Positions 10,203-18,368 are shown, counted from the stretch's first letter. The stretch: DNA of 64,000 bases from an uncultured archaeon (GCA_964428495.1 CAYRXY010000003.1:9588-73587); one strand, 5' to 3'. Translations and numbers: made by a program. The notes: generated from the letters alone by a model not told the origin.

Positions 10203-12220
10203 GATTAAAAAGACTTGAGTTAAAAAATTTCAGATCATATAAGGATGCGGTATTAGAATTCCCACTAGGTAAAATTCTTTTTGAAGGAGATATAGGTTCT
10301 GGTAAATCTTCAATTCTTTATGCAATAGAATTCGCACTATTCGGTCTCGGAGATCTAAAGGGAGATAGTTTAATTCGTGTAGCTGAGAAGAAATGCTCCG
10401 TTGAGTTAACGTTTGAAATTAATGGTAAAGAATACAGGGTAGGCAGAACACTTGAAAAAAAGGGAAGAGGAATTTCTCAAACGGAAGGTTATCTGATAGA
10501 AGATGGAGTAAAAAATTATTACTCCTCAACAGAGCTCAGAGCAAAAATATTAGATCTCCTAAAGTTCAAGGAAAGTGTAAAAACCAAATCATCTTCTGTA
10601 ATATTCAGATATGCAATATTTACACCACAAGAAGAAATGAAGGAGATACTAAACTTGAAAGCTGAAGATCGACTTCAGACATTACGTCGCGCGTTTGGAA
10701 TAGAAGACTATAAAATTGCAAAAGATAACGCAAAAATACTTCTCAATGAATTGAAGAATAGAATTAAATTTATAGAAGGTGAGGTAGCTGACTTAGAAGA
10801 AGTAAAAAAAGAACATAAAGAAACGGTAGAAAAAATAGCGGAATACAAAACAGAACTAAATAAATCTGAAGAAGAGAAAAAGATCTATGAGAAAAAAATA
10901 CTTTCAATAGATGAAAAGTTAATTTCGATGGAAGAAAAAATATTAGAAGTCAATAAGCTAAAAAGTGAAATTCCGTTACTTGAAAAAGAAATGGAAGAAA
11001 AAAATGAAGAAGTTAAAATTCTGAAATCGGAAATTGAAACAATTGAGAAAAGAATTAAAGAAGTTGTGAAAGAAATTGATGAGTATAGATCTAAAATAGA
11101 AAAACCTAAAAGTAGTTTAGAAGAACTAGAAAAAAGAGAGAAAGAGTTGGAAGATGAAAAAGAAAAACAAAGAGAATTACTAACTTCTACAAGAGTTGAG
11201 TTAAGTAATATCAAAAAGTTACTTGATGAGAAGGTGTGTCCTACCTGTAAGCGTCCAGTCGAAAAGGCTGAATTCAAGGATAAAATTGAAGTCCTTCAAT
11301 CTGAATACGAAAAGATTGGGAACAAGATCTTGGAAATAAACAAGGAATTAGAAAAAATAAAGATAGAAAAGGAGAAAGTTAGGGAAATTGAACAACAAAA
11401 GAAAGAATTGGAACGACTTGAAAAAGAAATAAGCGAATTAGAAGAGAGAAGGATGAAGAATGAAACTAAAATAAGAGAGCTTGAAGAAAGATTAGAAAAA
11501 TTGGAGAAGGAAATTCCAGAGAAGAAAAAGAAGGTAGATGAATATCATTCTATTATGCAGAGAGTCGAGGAATTGAAAAAGGAGAAACAAACTCTCGAAT
11601 CTAATTTAAGGGAATGGATCTCAAAAATAAGCACGCTGGAAGGTAAGATAAAAACGCTAACAGAAATAAAAGATAGGCTGGAAGATAAAATCAATGAAAA
11701 GGAGAAGCTGAAGAAAGATAAAGCAGTATTAGAGGAGTATCTATTCTGGATTCAAGATTATTTCGTTCCTGCTTTAGACCAAATAGAGAAGCATGTTCTA
11801 CAAAATATCAACGAGGAGTTTAATGCACTATTTCAAAGATGGTTTAATATGCTTTTAGAGGGAAGTGATATAAACGTGTATGTAGATGAAACATTTACCC
11901 CTATTGTAGAGCAGAACGGTTATGAGTTAGATATAAAATCGTTATCAGGTGGGGAAAGAACATCTGTAGCTCTTGCGTATAGACTTGCACTAAACATGAT
12001 GGTCAGAAAAGTCTGTACTTCTCTAAAGTCAAATTTACTTATTCTTGACGAGCCAACAGATGGATTCTCAAAGGAGCAGCTGCAAAAAGTTAGAGATGTT
12101 CTAAATGAAATAGAGACCGATCAATTAATTTTAGTTTCTCACGAAAGGGAATTGGAAGGATTTGTAGACAAGATATTCTACGTGAGAAAAGAAGATGGAA
12201 TTTCAAGAATTGAAGAATAA
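10199..12220 (+). CDS. rad50: DNA double-strand break repair ATPase Rad50
   Basis: Walker A GDIGSGKSSILYAIEFALFG. Long E/K-rich coiled coil with a zinc-hook CPTC. ABC signature LSGGERTSVALAYRLAL, Walker B LLILDEPTDGF, H-loop VSHE. ATGA overlap with mre11. Confidence 0.9.
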   Translation: MRLKRLELKNFRSYKDAVLEFPLGKILFEGDIGSGKSSILYAIEFALFGLGDLKGDSLIRVAEKKCSVELTFEINGKEYRVGRTLEKKGRGISQTEGYLIEDGVKNYYSSTELRAKILDLLKFKESVKTKSSSVIFRYAIFTPQEEMKEILNLKAEDRLQTLRRAFGIEDYKIAKDNAKILLNELKNRIKFIEGEVADLEEVKKEHKETVEKIAEYKTELNKSEEEKKIYEKKILSIDEKLISMEEKILEVNKLKSEIPLLEKEMEEKNEEVKILKSEIETIEKRIKEVVKEIDEYRSKIEKPKSSLEELEKREKELEDEKEKQRELLTSTRVELSNIKKLLDEKVCPTCKRPVEKAEFKDKIEVLQSEYEKIGNKILEINKELEKIKIEKEKVREIEQQKKELERLEKEISELEERRMKNETKIRELEERLEKLEKEIPEKKKKVDEYHSIMQRVEELKKEKQTLESNLREWISKISTLEGKIKTLTEIKDRLEDKINEKEKLKKDKAVLEEYLFWIQDYFVPALDQIEKHVLQNINEEFNALFQRWFNMLLEGSDINVYVDETFTPIVEQNGYELDIKSLSGGERTSVALAYRLALNMMVRKVCTSLKSNLLILDEPTDGFSKEQLQKVRDVLNEIETDQLILVSHERELEGFVDKIFYVRKEDGISRIEE

Positions 12221-12253
12221 GTTTTAAGTTTCGAATACATCTTTATTATAGAT

Positions 12254-12392
12254 GGGCCGGTAGTCTAGTGGAAGGACGCCGCCTTCGCAAGGCGGAGATC
12301 CTGGGTTCAAAGGTACATTAGTGGGTTTGACATACAGAATATGTTAATTATCATTTTACTCCACTAATGATCTGAAAGTCCCAGCCGGTCCA
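12254..12392 (+). tRNA. tRNA-Ala (CGC) with a 67-nt non-canonical intron in the T-loop
   Basis: Acceptor GGGCCGG/CCGGUCC with the G3:U70 alanine identity pair. Anticodon arm CCGCC-UUCGCAA-GGCGG. T-stem CUGGG...CCCAG is interrupted after UUCA(A) by an insert containing a 9-bp hairpin (CAUUAGUGG/CCACUAAUG). Discriminator A; CCA not encoded. Confidence 0.7.
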
Positions 12393-12408
12393 TCAAAAAT
12401 AAGAAGTA

Positions 12409-12483
12409 TGGGCAGGGCCGGATTTGAACCGGCGACCTCCACGTTATCAGCGTGGCGCTCTAACCAGGCTAAGCTACCCGCCC
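12409..12483 (-). tRNA. tRNA-Ile (GAU)
   Basis: GGGCGGG-UA-GCUUAGCCUGGUUAGAGC-G-CCACG-CUGAUAA-CGUGG-AGGUC-GCCGG-UUCAAAU-CCGGC-CCUGCCC-A. Canonical cloverleaf with no intron. Confidence 0.85.
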
Positions 12484-12527
12484 ATTAACAAGAATTCTAT
12501 AGAATAAAAAATATTAAAGTTTTGGGT

Positions 12528-13232
12528 TTAAGAGCTAAATTTTTGAGAGAATGTTGATTCTGACTTTTCTTTCATTTTATTTACAAGTTCCGAAAGTGTT
12601 CGAATATTCTGAATCAGTGATGGTAGAAACTGCTTAAATGCCTTTTCCAATCCAGAAACACGAGCGTCAATATTCTCAATCTTTCTATCAAATAACATGA
12701 GCTTTCGCTCTATCTCTGGATTCTTCTTTTCTTCACTTATCCTATATATTGCCTTTCTCATTTCGTCTAATTCTTTAATCATCTTTTCATAATCGTATTT
12801 TATGTTTCGAAGTTCTTTCTCAAATATTTCCCATTTTTCATTAACAACTCCTTCCACTAATTCCTCTATAGAAAGTTCTGCATCTCCTTCGTCGAAAAGT
12901 CCAACCGCAGAGGAAGGCTCCACGATAGTCTCTGGTGGTATATCAGATTCTGTCTCTTCGGGTTTCTCTTCATATATTTCTCCAACACTTGGTTCAGCTG
13001 TCTTTGCCTCAGGCGCATCCGGCTTCGCCTGCATTAATGTTTCAGTAGCAGGTGAGACTTCACCCTTAAGAGATTCTATCATTGCCTTTTCAATTTCATC
13101 ATAGGAGTAACCCATCTCTTTTAACTTCTTTATTATGTCTTTATCACTAATTCCAGAAGATCTCATAGAAACAATTTCATCAACTGGTAGTTTTCTTGAC
13201 TTAGATTTAGATTTGAATGTAAATAATGGCAT
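12528..13232 (-). CDS. Hypothetical acidic protein with an N-terminal small helical domain and C-terminal coiled coil
   Basis: 234 aa. Acidic low-complexity middle region. C-terminal heptad-like region (EELVEGVVNEKWEIFEKELRNIKYDYEKMIKELDEMRK...). No recognisable catalytic motif. Confidence 0.4.
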   Translation of the reverse strand: MPLFTFKSKSKSRKLPVDEIVSMRSSGISDKDIIKKLKEMGYSYDEIEKAMIESLKGEVSPATETLMQAKPDAPEAKTAEPSVGEIYEEKPEETESDIPPETIVEPSSAVGLFDEGDAELSIEELVEGVVNEKWEIFEKELRNIKYDYEKMIKELDEMRKAIYRISEEKKNPEIERKLMLFDRKIENIDARVSGLEKAFKQFLPSLIQNIRTLSELVNKMKEKSESTFSQKFSS

Positions 13233-13310
13233 TTAAATCACAATATTTATTTCTCTTGGCTACTTTTAAAATTTAAAAGATATAAATTCTTAAAAAGGTT
13301 TCACTCAATA

Positions 13311-13318
13311 TTTATACA
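13311..13318 (+). promoter_or_regulatory. TATA-box-like element (TTTATACA) upstream of the L11 gene
   Basis: AT-rich hexamer-plus about 15-22 nt upstream of ATG 13333. Consistent with a leaderless or short-leader archaeal promoter, but the spacing is not ideal. Confidence 0.25.
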
Positions 13319-13332
13319 ATCAGGTGTTATTC

Positions 13333-13827
13333 ATGAAAACTGTTGAAGCTCTTGTAGAAGGGGGGAAGGCAACCGCAGGACCACCTTTAGGTCCAGCTCT
13401 CGGACCATTAGGCGTACCAATACCCAAGGTCATCGAGGAAATCAACAAGAAGACGAAGGCATTTGAAGGAATGAAGGTTCCTGTTAAGGTTATCATTGAT
13501 GAAAAAACTAAAGAGTTTAAGGTCGAGGTTGGGACACCACCAGTAAGTGCAATGATTAAAAAGGAGCTGGGTGTCGAAAAGCTTGCAGGTTTAGGTAAAG
13601 ATGAATCTGGCCGACCAGCACCGACTGTTGGTAACCTAACTATTGATCAAGTAATCAAGATCGCTGAGGCAAAAGGTGATTCACTTGCAGGCGATTTGAA
13701 AGCAAAAATAAAACAAGTTGTTGGTACATGCCTATCTGTTGGTGTGACTGTCGAAGGAAAAGATCCACGAGAAGTTCAAAAGGAAATTGATGAAGGGAAA
13801 TATGATGATAAGTTGAAGGGAGAATAA
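13333..13827 (+). CDS. rpl11: 50S ribosomal protein L11 (uL11)
   Basis: [21 protein letters not shown]...[24 protein letters not shown]...[13 protein letters not shown]...[22 protein letters not shown]. The listed ORF begins at GTG 13324; ATG 13333 is preferred. Confidence 0.85.
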   Translation: MKTVEALVEGGKATAGPPLGPALGPLGVPIPKVIEEINKKTKAFEGMKVPVKVIIDEKTKEFKVEVGTPPVSAMIKKELGVEKLAGLGKDESGRPAPTVGNLTIDQVIKIAEAKGDSLAGDLKAKIKQVVGTCLSVGVTVEGKDPREVQKEIDEGKYDDKLKGE

Positions 13828-13828
13828 A

Positions 13829-14746
13829 ATGATCTACGTCATCGGTCACAAAAATCCCGATACTGATTCGATATGCTCGGCAATAGCTTATGCGAGACTG
13901 AAGAACAAACTTGGAGAAGGTGAGTTTGCCCCTGCAAGGTGCGGCGCCATAAACCCAGAGACAAAATTCGTCTTGGAAAAGTTTGGCGTTGAAGCACCAG
14001 AAGTTTTAGAAAATGCTTCTGGTAGAGAGTTAATCCTTGTTGATCATAACGAATTTTCTCAAGCAGTTGATGGGATTGAGAACGCTAAAATAGTTGAGGT
14101 TGTCGATCACCACAAAGTCAACTTCAACTACAGCGAGCCAATTTACTTTCTTGTTAAACCGCTTGGTTCAACTGCAACAATAATAGCGGAGAAGTACTTT
14201 GAAGCAGGCATTGAACCAGAGAAAGAGATAGCTGGTATACTTTTAGGTGCAATCCTCTCTGATACGGTCGTGTTTAAATCACCAACAACAACAGAAAAGG
14301 ATAAGGAAATAGCGAAAAAACTTGCTGAAATTGCTGGCATCGATGATATTGAAAAGTTCGGTATCGAAGTCAAGAAGGCAAAATCGAATCTTGAAGGAAT
14401 GAGCGAAGAAGAGATTATCAAAGGGGATTTCAAGGAGTTTACTTTCGGTGATAAGAAGGTTGGCATCGGTCAAGTTGAGATTGTGGATTATGATCAGGTC
14501 AAAGGGAGAGAAGATGAAATCATTAGTGAGATGGAGAAAATGACAGGAGAAGGTTATGATTTGGTCATGTTAATGGTTACTAACATCATGGATGAAAGTT
14601 CACTATTATTAGTAGCTGGTAATATTGTTAAGGTTGAAGAAGCATTTGGTAAGAAGGTGGAGAATGATCGTGTATTGTTACCAGGTGTAATGTCAAGAAA
14701 GAAGCAGGTTGTACCAAAAATAGAGGAAGCATATAAAACTCGATAA
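13829..14746 (+). CDS. ppaC: Manganese-dependent inorganic pyrophosphatase (family II, DHH/DHHA2)
   Basis: N-terminal MIYVIGHKNPDTDSICSAIAYA and DHH motif VVDHHK. 305 aa. Confidence 0.85.
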   Translation: MIYVIGHKNPDTDSICSAIAYARLKNKLGEGEFAPARCGAINPETKFVLEKFGVEAPEVLENASGRELILVDHNEFSQAVDGIENAKIVEVVDHHKVNFNYSEPIYFLVKPLGSTATIIAEKYFEAGIEPEKEIAGILLGAILSDTVVFKSPTTTEKDKEIAKKLAEIAGIDDIEKFGIEVKKAKSNLEGMSEEEIIKGDFKEFTFGDKKVGIGQVEIVDYDQVKGREDEIISEMEKMTGEGYDLVMLMVTNIMDESSLLLVAGNIVKVEEAFGKKVENDRVLLPGVMSRKKQVVPKIEEAYKTR

Positions 14747-14821
14747 TCAATAGGAAGAAATATTAGCTGAGATGGAAAATTGGCTTATGCTTGGTTGGTC
14801 CACTAATGGTTTGGTGATTCC

Positions 14822-15124
14822 ATGGAAATGAAGAAAATTCAAGAATTCATACAAAAAAATAAAATTACGCCACGAGACTCATTATATCATACATGGCGTG
14901 AGGTGAAGAACAAGGAAGGAAAATATACTGGAAAGATTCGAATTATTGTTCTCAAAAAAGATAAGATTGCTCGCTGCGAGTACACATGCCCTGAATGCAG
15001 TTATTATGGCTATGTCGAGAAGCCATGGAAAAGACCATTTTCCGTTAAATGTGAACACTGTGGATTTTTGATCCGTGTACCAAGGCTGAGAGATGAGGTA
15101 AAGAAAGATAGGAAAGCTAAATAA
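14822..15124 (+). CDS. Small Zn-ribbon protein (two CxxC pairs), function unknown
   Basis: CPEC...CEHC within 100 aa, with a basic C-terminus. Confidence 0.4.
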   Translation: MEMKKIQEFIQKNKITPRDSLYHTWREVKNKEGKYTGKIRIIVLKKDKIARCEYTCPECSYYGYVEKPWKRPFSVKCEHCGFLIRVPRLRDEVKKDRKAK

Positions 15125-15126
15125 AT

Positions 15127-15936
15127 TTATAGTTCACTCCTAAACTTCTCCAACGCCTTCTCTTCGAGCTCAACTTCCTCTTTAGAAATTTCTTTTATTT
15201 CCTTACTATCAATGATCGTGAAATATCTTATCGGCTTGCCAAGTTGCTTTGCAAGTTTTATCTCTGCTAATACGCCATCACTGACCGGACCAAAGACCCA
15301 GAACTCATCAGAGACTCTTAACAAATTATTGTTCGCATTTCTAATTCTATCTCTATCGACCGTATCAAGAAGAAAATAATCAAAAATTCCATATTGAGAT
15401 ATTGGAGTGTATCCCTGTTCCAATACAAACTTTACTGCATGCCTTCTAAAGTAGAAGTAATGTTTAGATAAGCCGATGAAGACAATTTTAGTTTCTTTAT
15501 TTTGATTCAATGCTGGATGAAAAAACGAAGATTTATATACTTCTATAATCTTTTTACTAGGTGTATATAGATCTTCAGGCAATTCATCTATTTTAAACCA
15601 TCTCCACTCAATAATTTCATCAGACTCCATTATCTTTGCTTCTCCTTCAAAATCGTCGCAAACATAACCAAAGGTTATGAAATGGGCGTCTGGTAAAATT
15701 TCTTCTGTAATGCTTATCCTCCTTAACCTTTCTTTATTAATTCTTATTCCTGTCTCCTCTAAAACTTCTCGAAAGCAAGCATCGATCAAACGTTCACCAA
15801 ATCTTACTTTCCCACCAGGCAAAGTCCATGTATTTTCTCCATGTAGTGCGGTTTTTGAAGGGTCCGGACTTCTTTTCCCTAGTAGTATTTTTCCGTTTTT
15901 TACGAGAAGAATTCCAACCCCTACACCGAATTTCAT
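15127..15936 (-). CDS. Nudix hydrolase fused to a nucleoside 2-deoxyribosyltransferase-like (SLOG/Rossmann) domain
   Basis: N-terminal Nudix box GGKVRFGERLIDACFREVLEETGI. C-terminal about 120 aa has the pattern IVFIGLS...DEFWVFGPVSDGVLAEIKLAKQLGKPIRYF, typical of NDT/DNPH1-like domains. Confidence 0.6.
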   Translation of the reverse strand: MKFGVGVGILLVKNGKILLGKRSPDPSKTALHGENTWTLPGGKVRFGERLIDACFREVLEETGIRINKERLRRISITEEILPDAHFITFGYVCDDFEGEAKIMESDEIIEWRWFKIDELPEDLYTPSKKIIEVYKSSFFHPALNQNKETKIVFIGLSKHYFYFRRHAVKFVLEQGYTPISQYGIFDYFLLDTVDRDRIRNANNNLLRVSDEFWVFGPVSDGVLAEIKLAKQLGKPIRYFTIIDSKEIKEISKEEVELEEKALEKFRSEL

Positions 15937-15978
15937 AAAAGCACCTTATTTAAAGGTTCTCTTTATAAATTTAAATTC

Positions 15979-17229
15979 ATGCATAAAACATTAACTATTA
16001 TTGCAATTCTCTTGATAGTAGCAGTAGGTGGAGCGATATTATTCTTTTTCCCATACAATCCATTACAACCACCAAAAGCAGATGATACAGGTTCAACATC
16101 GGAGGGCGTCCAACAGGTAGTGAACGCAAACAATAAATTTGCCTTTGAGTTATACAAGCAACTTTCGGACGAAGAAGGCAATCTATTCTTCTCACCATAC
16201 AGCATTTCCTCAGCGTTAGCAATCACATATGAAGGAGCAAGGGAAAAAACAGCGGAAGAAATAAAAAATGTATTTCACTTTCCTGATTATACTACTCTAC
16301 GACCAAACTTTGCAGCAATATACAATGAGATAAACAAAGGTTATAGAGACTACACCATTAGAACCGGAAATGCTCTCTGGGTTCAAAAAGACTTTCCTTT
16401 GCTTGAGAACTATACAACAACAGTTGAAAGGTATTATGGAGCTAAAGCAGCAAATTTAGATTTTGTAAATGAACCAGAGAAATCTAGGCAAACGATAAAC
16501 AGCTTTATCGAGAAGCAGACAAATGGAAAGATCGAAGACTTGATTCCTAAAGATTTTATAACTTCGTCAACAGGAATTGTCATCACAAATGCAATCTATT
16601 TTAAAGGTACATGGAAAGTTGAGTTTGATCCTAAAGAAACAAAAGAAATGGACTTTCACATGGATTCAAACAAGGCAATAAAGGTTCAAATGATGCACAT
16701 GAAACCAAATGAAAAGACGTTCAATTACACAGAAACAGAAGATGTACAGATTCTTGAGCTTCCTTACAAAGGCGATGATATTTCAATGTTGATCATATTA
16801 CCAAAATTTGGTAAACTATCTGAGATCGAGAAAAAGTTAACTATAGAAAAGCTGAAAGAATGGAAAAGTAAAATGAGAGAAACAGAGCTAAGTGAAATTT
16901 ACCTTCCAAAGTTTGAGATTGAGACAAAATACTTTCTAGAAGACACACTCCCTGATATGGGAATGCCAACTGCTTTCAGCCCTGATGCAGACTTTTCAGG
17001 AATGACTGGAAGAAGAGATCTTTTTATAAGTCATGTGATTCATCAGGCTTATGTAAAAGTCTATGAGAAGGGAACGGAGGCAGCAGCCGCTACAGCGGTA
17101 ATATTCGAAAAAAGTATGCCAGCGCCAGAAATAATTTTTAAGGCAGATCATCCATTCATCTTCATAATTCAGCAGAAAAGTACAGGGAACATCTTGTTCA
17201 TTGGAAGGGTTGTTGAACCAAAGATCTGA
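15979..17229 (+). CDS. Serpin (serine protease inhibitor) with N-terminal membrane anchor/signal
   Basis: N-terminal hydrophobic LTIIAILLIVAVGGAILFFF, then a serpin core NKFAFELYKQL...FSPYSISSALAITYEG. Reactive-loop region GTEAAAATAV and C-terminal signature FKADHPFIFIIQQKSTGNILFIGRVVEP. Confidence 0.85.
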   Translation: MHKTLTIIAILLIVAVGGAILFFFPYNPLQPPKADDTGSTSEGVQQVVNANNKFAFELYKQLSDEEGNLFFSPYSISSALAITYEGAREKTAEEIKNVFHFPDYTTLRPNFAAIYNEINKGYRDYTIRTGNALWVQKDFPLLENYTTTVERYYGAKAANLDFVNEPEKSRQTINSFIEKQTNGKIEDLIPKDFITSSTGIVITNAIYFKGTWKVEFDPKETKEMDFHMDSNKAIKVQMMHMKPNEKTFNYTETEDVQILELPYKGDDISMLIILPKFGKLSEIEKKLTIEKLKEWKSKMRETELSEIYLPKFEIETKYFLEDTLPDMGMPTAFSPDADFSGMTGRRDLFISHVIHQAYVKVYEKGTEAAAATAVIFEKSMPAPEIIFKADHPFIFIIQQKSTGNILFIGRVVEPKI

Positions 17230-17322
17230 TTTTCTTTTTGTTTTTCGTTATAGAATTAAGTTAGAAGTTTATCATTGTCAATTTCATACACAAACCTTTA
17301 AAAACCCATTTAAATACTTCCT

Positions 17323-17335
17323 TTTTATATATTAA
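17323..17335 (+). promoter_or_regulatory. Candidate TATA box (TTTTTATATATTA) plus GAGGT Shine-Dalgarno at 17355-17359 upstream of tbp
   Basis: AT-rich element about 32-44 nt upstream of ATG 17367. GAGGT lies 8 nt before the ATG. Confidence 0.3.
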
Positions 17336-17366
17336 AATGTAACTTTTTGAAAAGAGGTAAGATAAA

Positions 17367-17915
17367 ATGGTAAAAATACCAAAAATGCATATAGAAAACG
17401 TTGTTGCTTCTACAGGCATCAATAAAACAATACCATTGGAAAAACTTCTCGGTGTTTTAGAGTCGAGTGAGTACGAACCTGAACAGTTTCCTGGGCTAGT
17501 ATTCCGCCTCGACGAGCCAAAGGTAGCATCACTAATTTTTAGATCAGGGAAAATAATTTGCGTCGGTGCAAGATCGATATCAGAGGCGAAGAGAGCGTTG
17601 AGGGAAATAGTAAGAAGAATAAAGAAAGTTGGTATTAGAGTAGACGAGAATAAAATAAGGGTAAAAATTGAGAACATAGTAGTTGCAATAGATCTAGAAA
17701 AAGAATTGAACCTTGACTCCCTAGCGTTCAATTTAGAGTCGAGTGAGTACGAACCTGAACAGTTTCCTGGATTGGTCTACAGGCTTACCAGTCCAAAAGT
17801 AGCATTTTTATTGTTCTCATCAGGAAGGATAATATGCGCAGGTGCAAAGACACTTGATGAAGTAAAGAAGGCTGTCACTATTCTTCAAAAAAATCTAAGA
17901 AAGGTTGGATCTTAA
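17367..17915 (+). CDS. tbp: TATA-box binding protein
   Basis: Two direct repeats of about 90 aa (IENVVASTGINKTIPLEKL...EYEPEQFPGLVFRL and IENIVVAIDLEKELNLDSL...EYEPEQFPGLVYRL). 182 aa. Confidence 0.9.
   Translation: MVKIPKMHIENVVASTGINKTIPLEKLLGVLESSEYEPEQFPGLVFRLDEPKVASLIFRSGKIICVGARSISEAKRALREIVRRIKKVGIRVDENKIRVKIENIVVAIDLEKELNLDSLAFNLESSEYEPEQFPGLVYRLTSPKVAFLLFSSGRIICAGAKTLDEVKKAVTILQKNLRKVGS
17456..17494 (+). repeat. 39-nt perfect direct repeat, copy 1 (inside tbp repeat 1)
   Basis: TTTAGAGTCGAGTGAGTACGAACCTGAACAGTTTCCTGG is identical to 17732-17770 and encodes LESSEYEPEQFPG in both TBP halves. Confidence 0.8.
17732..17770 (+). repeat. 39-nt perfect direct repeat, copy 2 (inside tbp repeat 2)
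   Basis: Identical to 17456-17494. The flanking sequence has diverged. Confidence 0.8.
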
Positions 17916-17940
17916 TTTTTTCTTTTTCTTATCTATCATT
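17916..17940 (+). terminator. T-rich tract after tbp (candidate archaeal terminator)
   Basis: TAATTTTTTCTTTTTCTTATC immediately after the stop codon. Confidence 0.3.
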
Positions 17941-18021
17941 TTATGATTTTTATTTCGACAATTAACGAAAGGTAATTTTTATATAGAAAGTCTTACGATA
18001 ATTCATTTAGGTGAACAAAAA

Positions 18022-18300
18022 ATGTTTGGAACAGGAATAGATGTTGCAATCGGTGTATTGATAGCACTAGTATTCATACACTACATAGCACTAGACAAGA
18101 AGATCAAGAAGGCATTTACATGGATGACAGCAGGAGCAATCTCCTTTGTATTGGCCGGTGTATTTGAGAAGACACCATTCGTAGCAGAGTATGTAACACA
18201 GAACGGAATCAACTACGGTCTAGGATTATTCGCAGTAATTGGTTGGATCTTGGTTTTGGTAGGATCTCTTTGGACAATGTACCAGCTAATTGCTGAGTAA
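18022..18300 (+). CDS. Small membrane protein (3 predicted TM), unknown function
   Basis: 92 aa, hydrophobic throughout. Preceded by AGGTG at about -10. Confidence 0.4.
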   Translation: MFGTGIDVAIGVLIALVFIHYIALDKKIKKAFTWMTAGAISFVLAGVFEKTPFVAEYVTQNGINYGLGLFAVIGWILVLVGSLWTMYQLIAE

Positions 18301-18368
18301 TTTTTTTGATTTTTCCTTTTCTCATTTTTTATTTTTCTTTAAAAAGTTTTCAAGCTAAGAACTTTGTT

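Noticed and set aside
10885-11277. 130-aa minus-strand ORF inside rad50
   Set aside because: Antisense of the GAA/AAG-rich coiled-coil region. The S/F-rich translation is typical of reverse-complemented E/K codons.
13324-13332. GTG start for L11 given by the ORF track (MLFM...)
   Set aside because: ATG 13333 (MKTVEALV...) aligns with L11 N-termini. The track evidently allows GTG/TTG starts, as also seen at 18306 and 23036.
17261-17731. 156-aa minus-strand ORF overlapping tbp
   Set aside because: Antisense to a highly conserved gene. Its translation is low complexity (S/F/T-rich) and has no promoter or start context.
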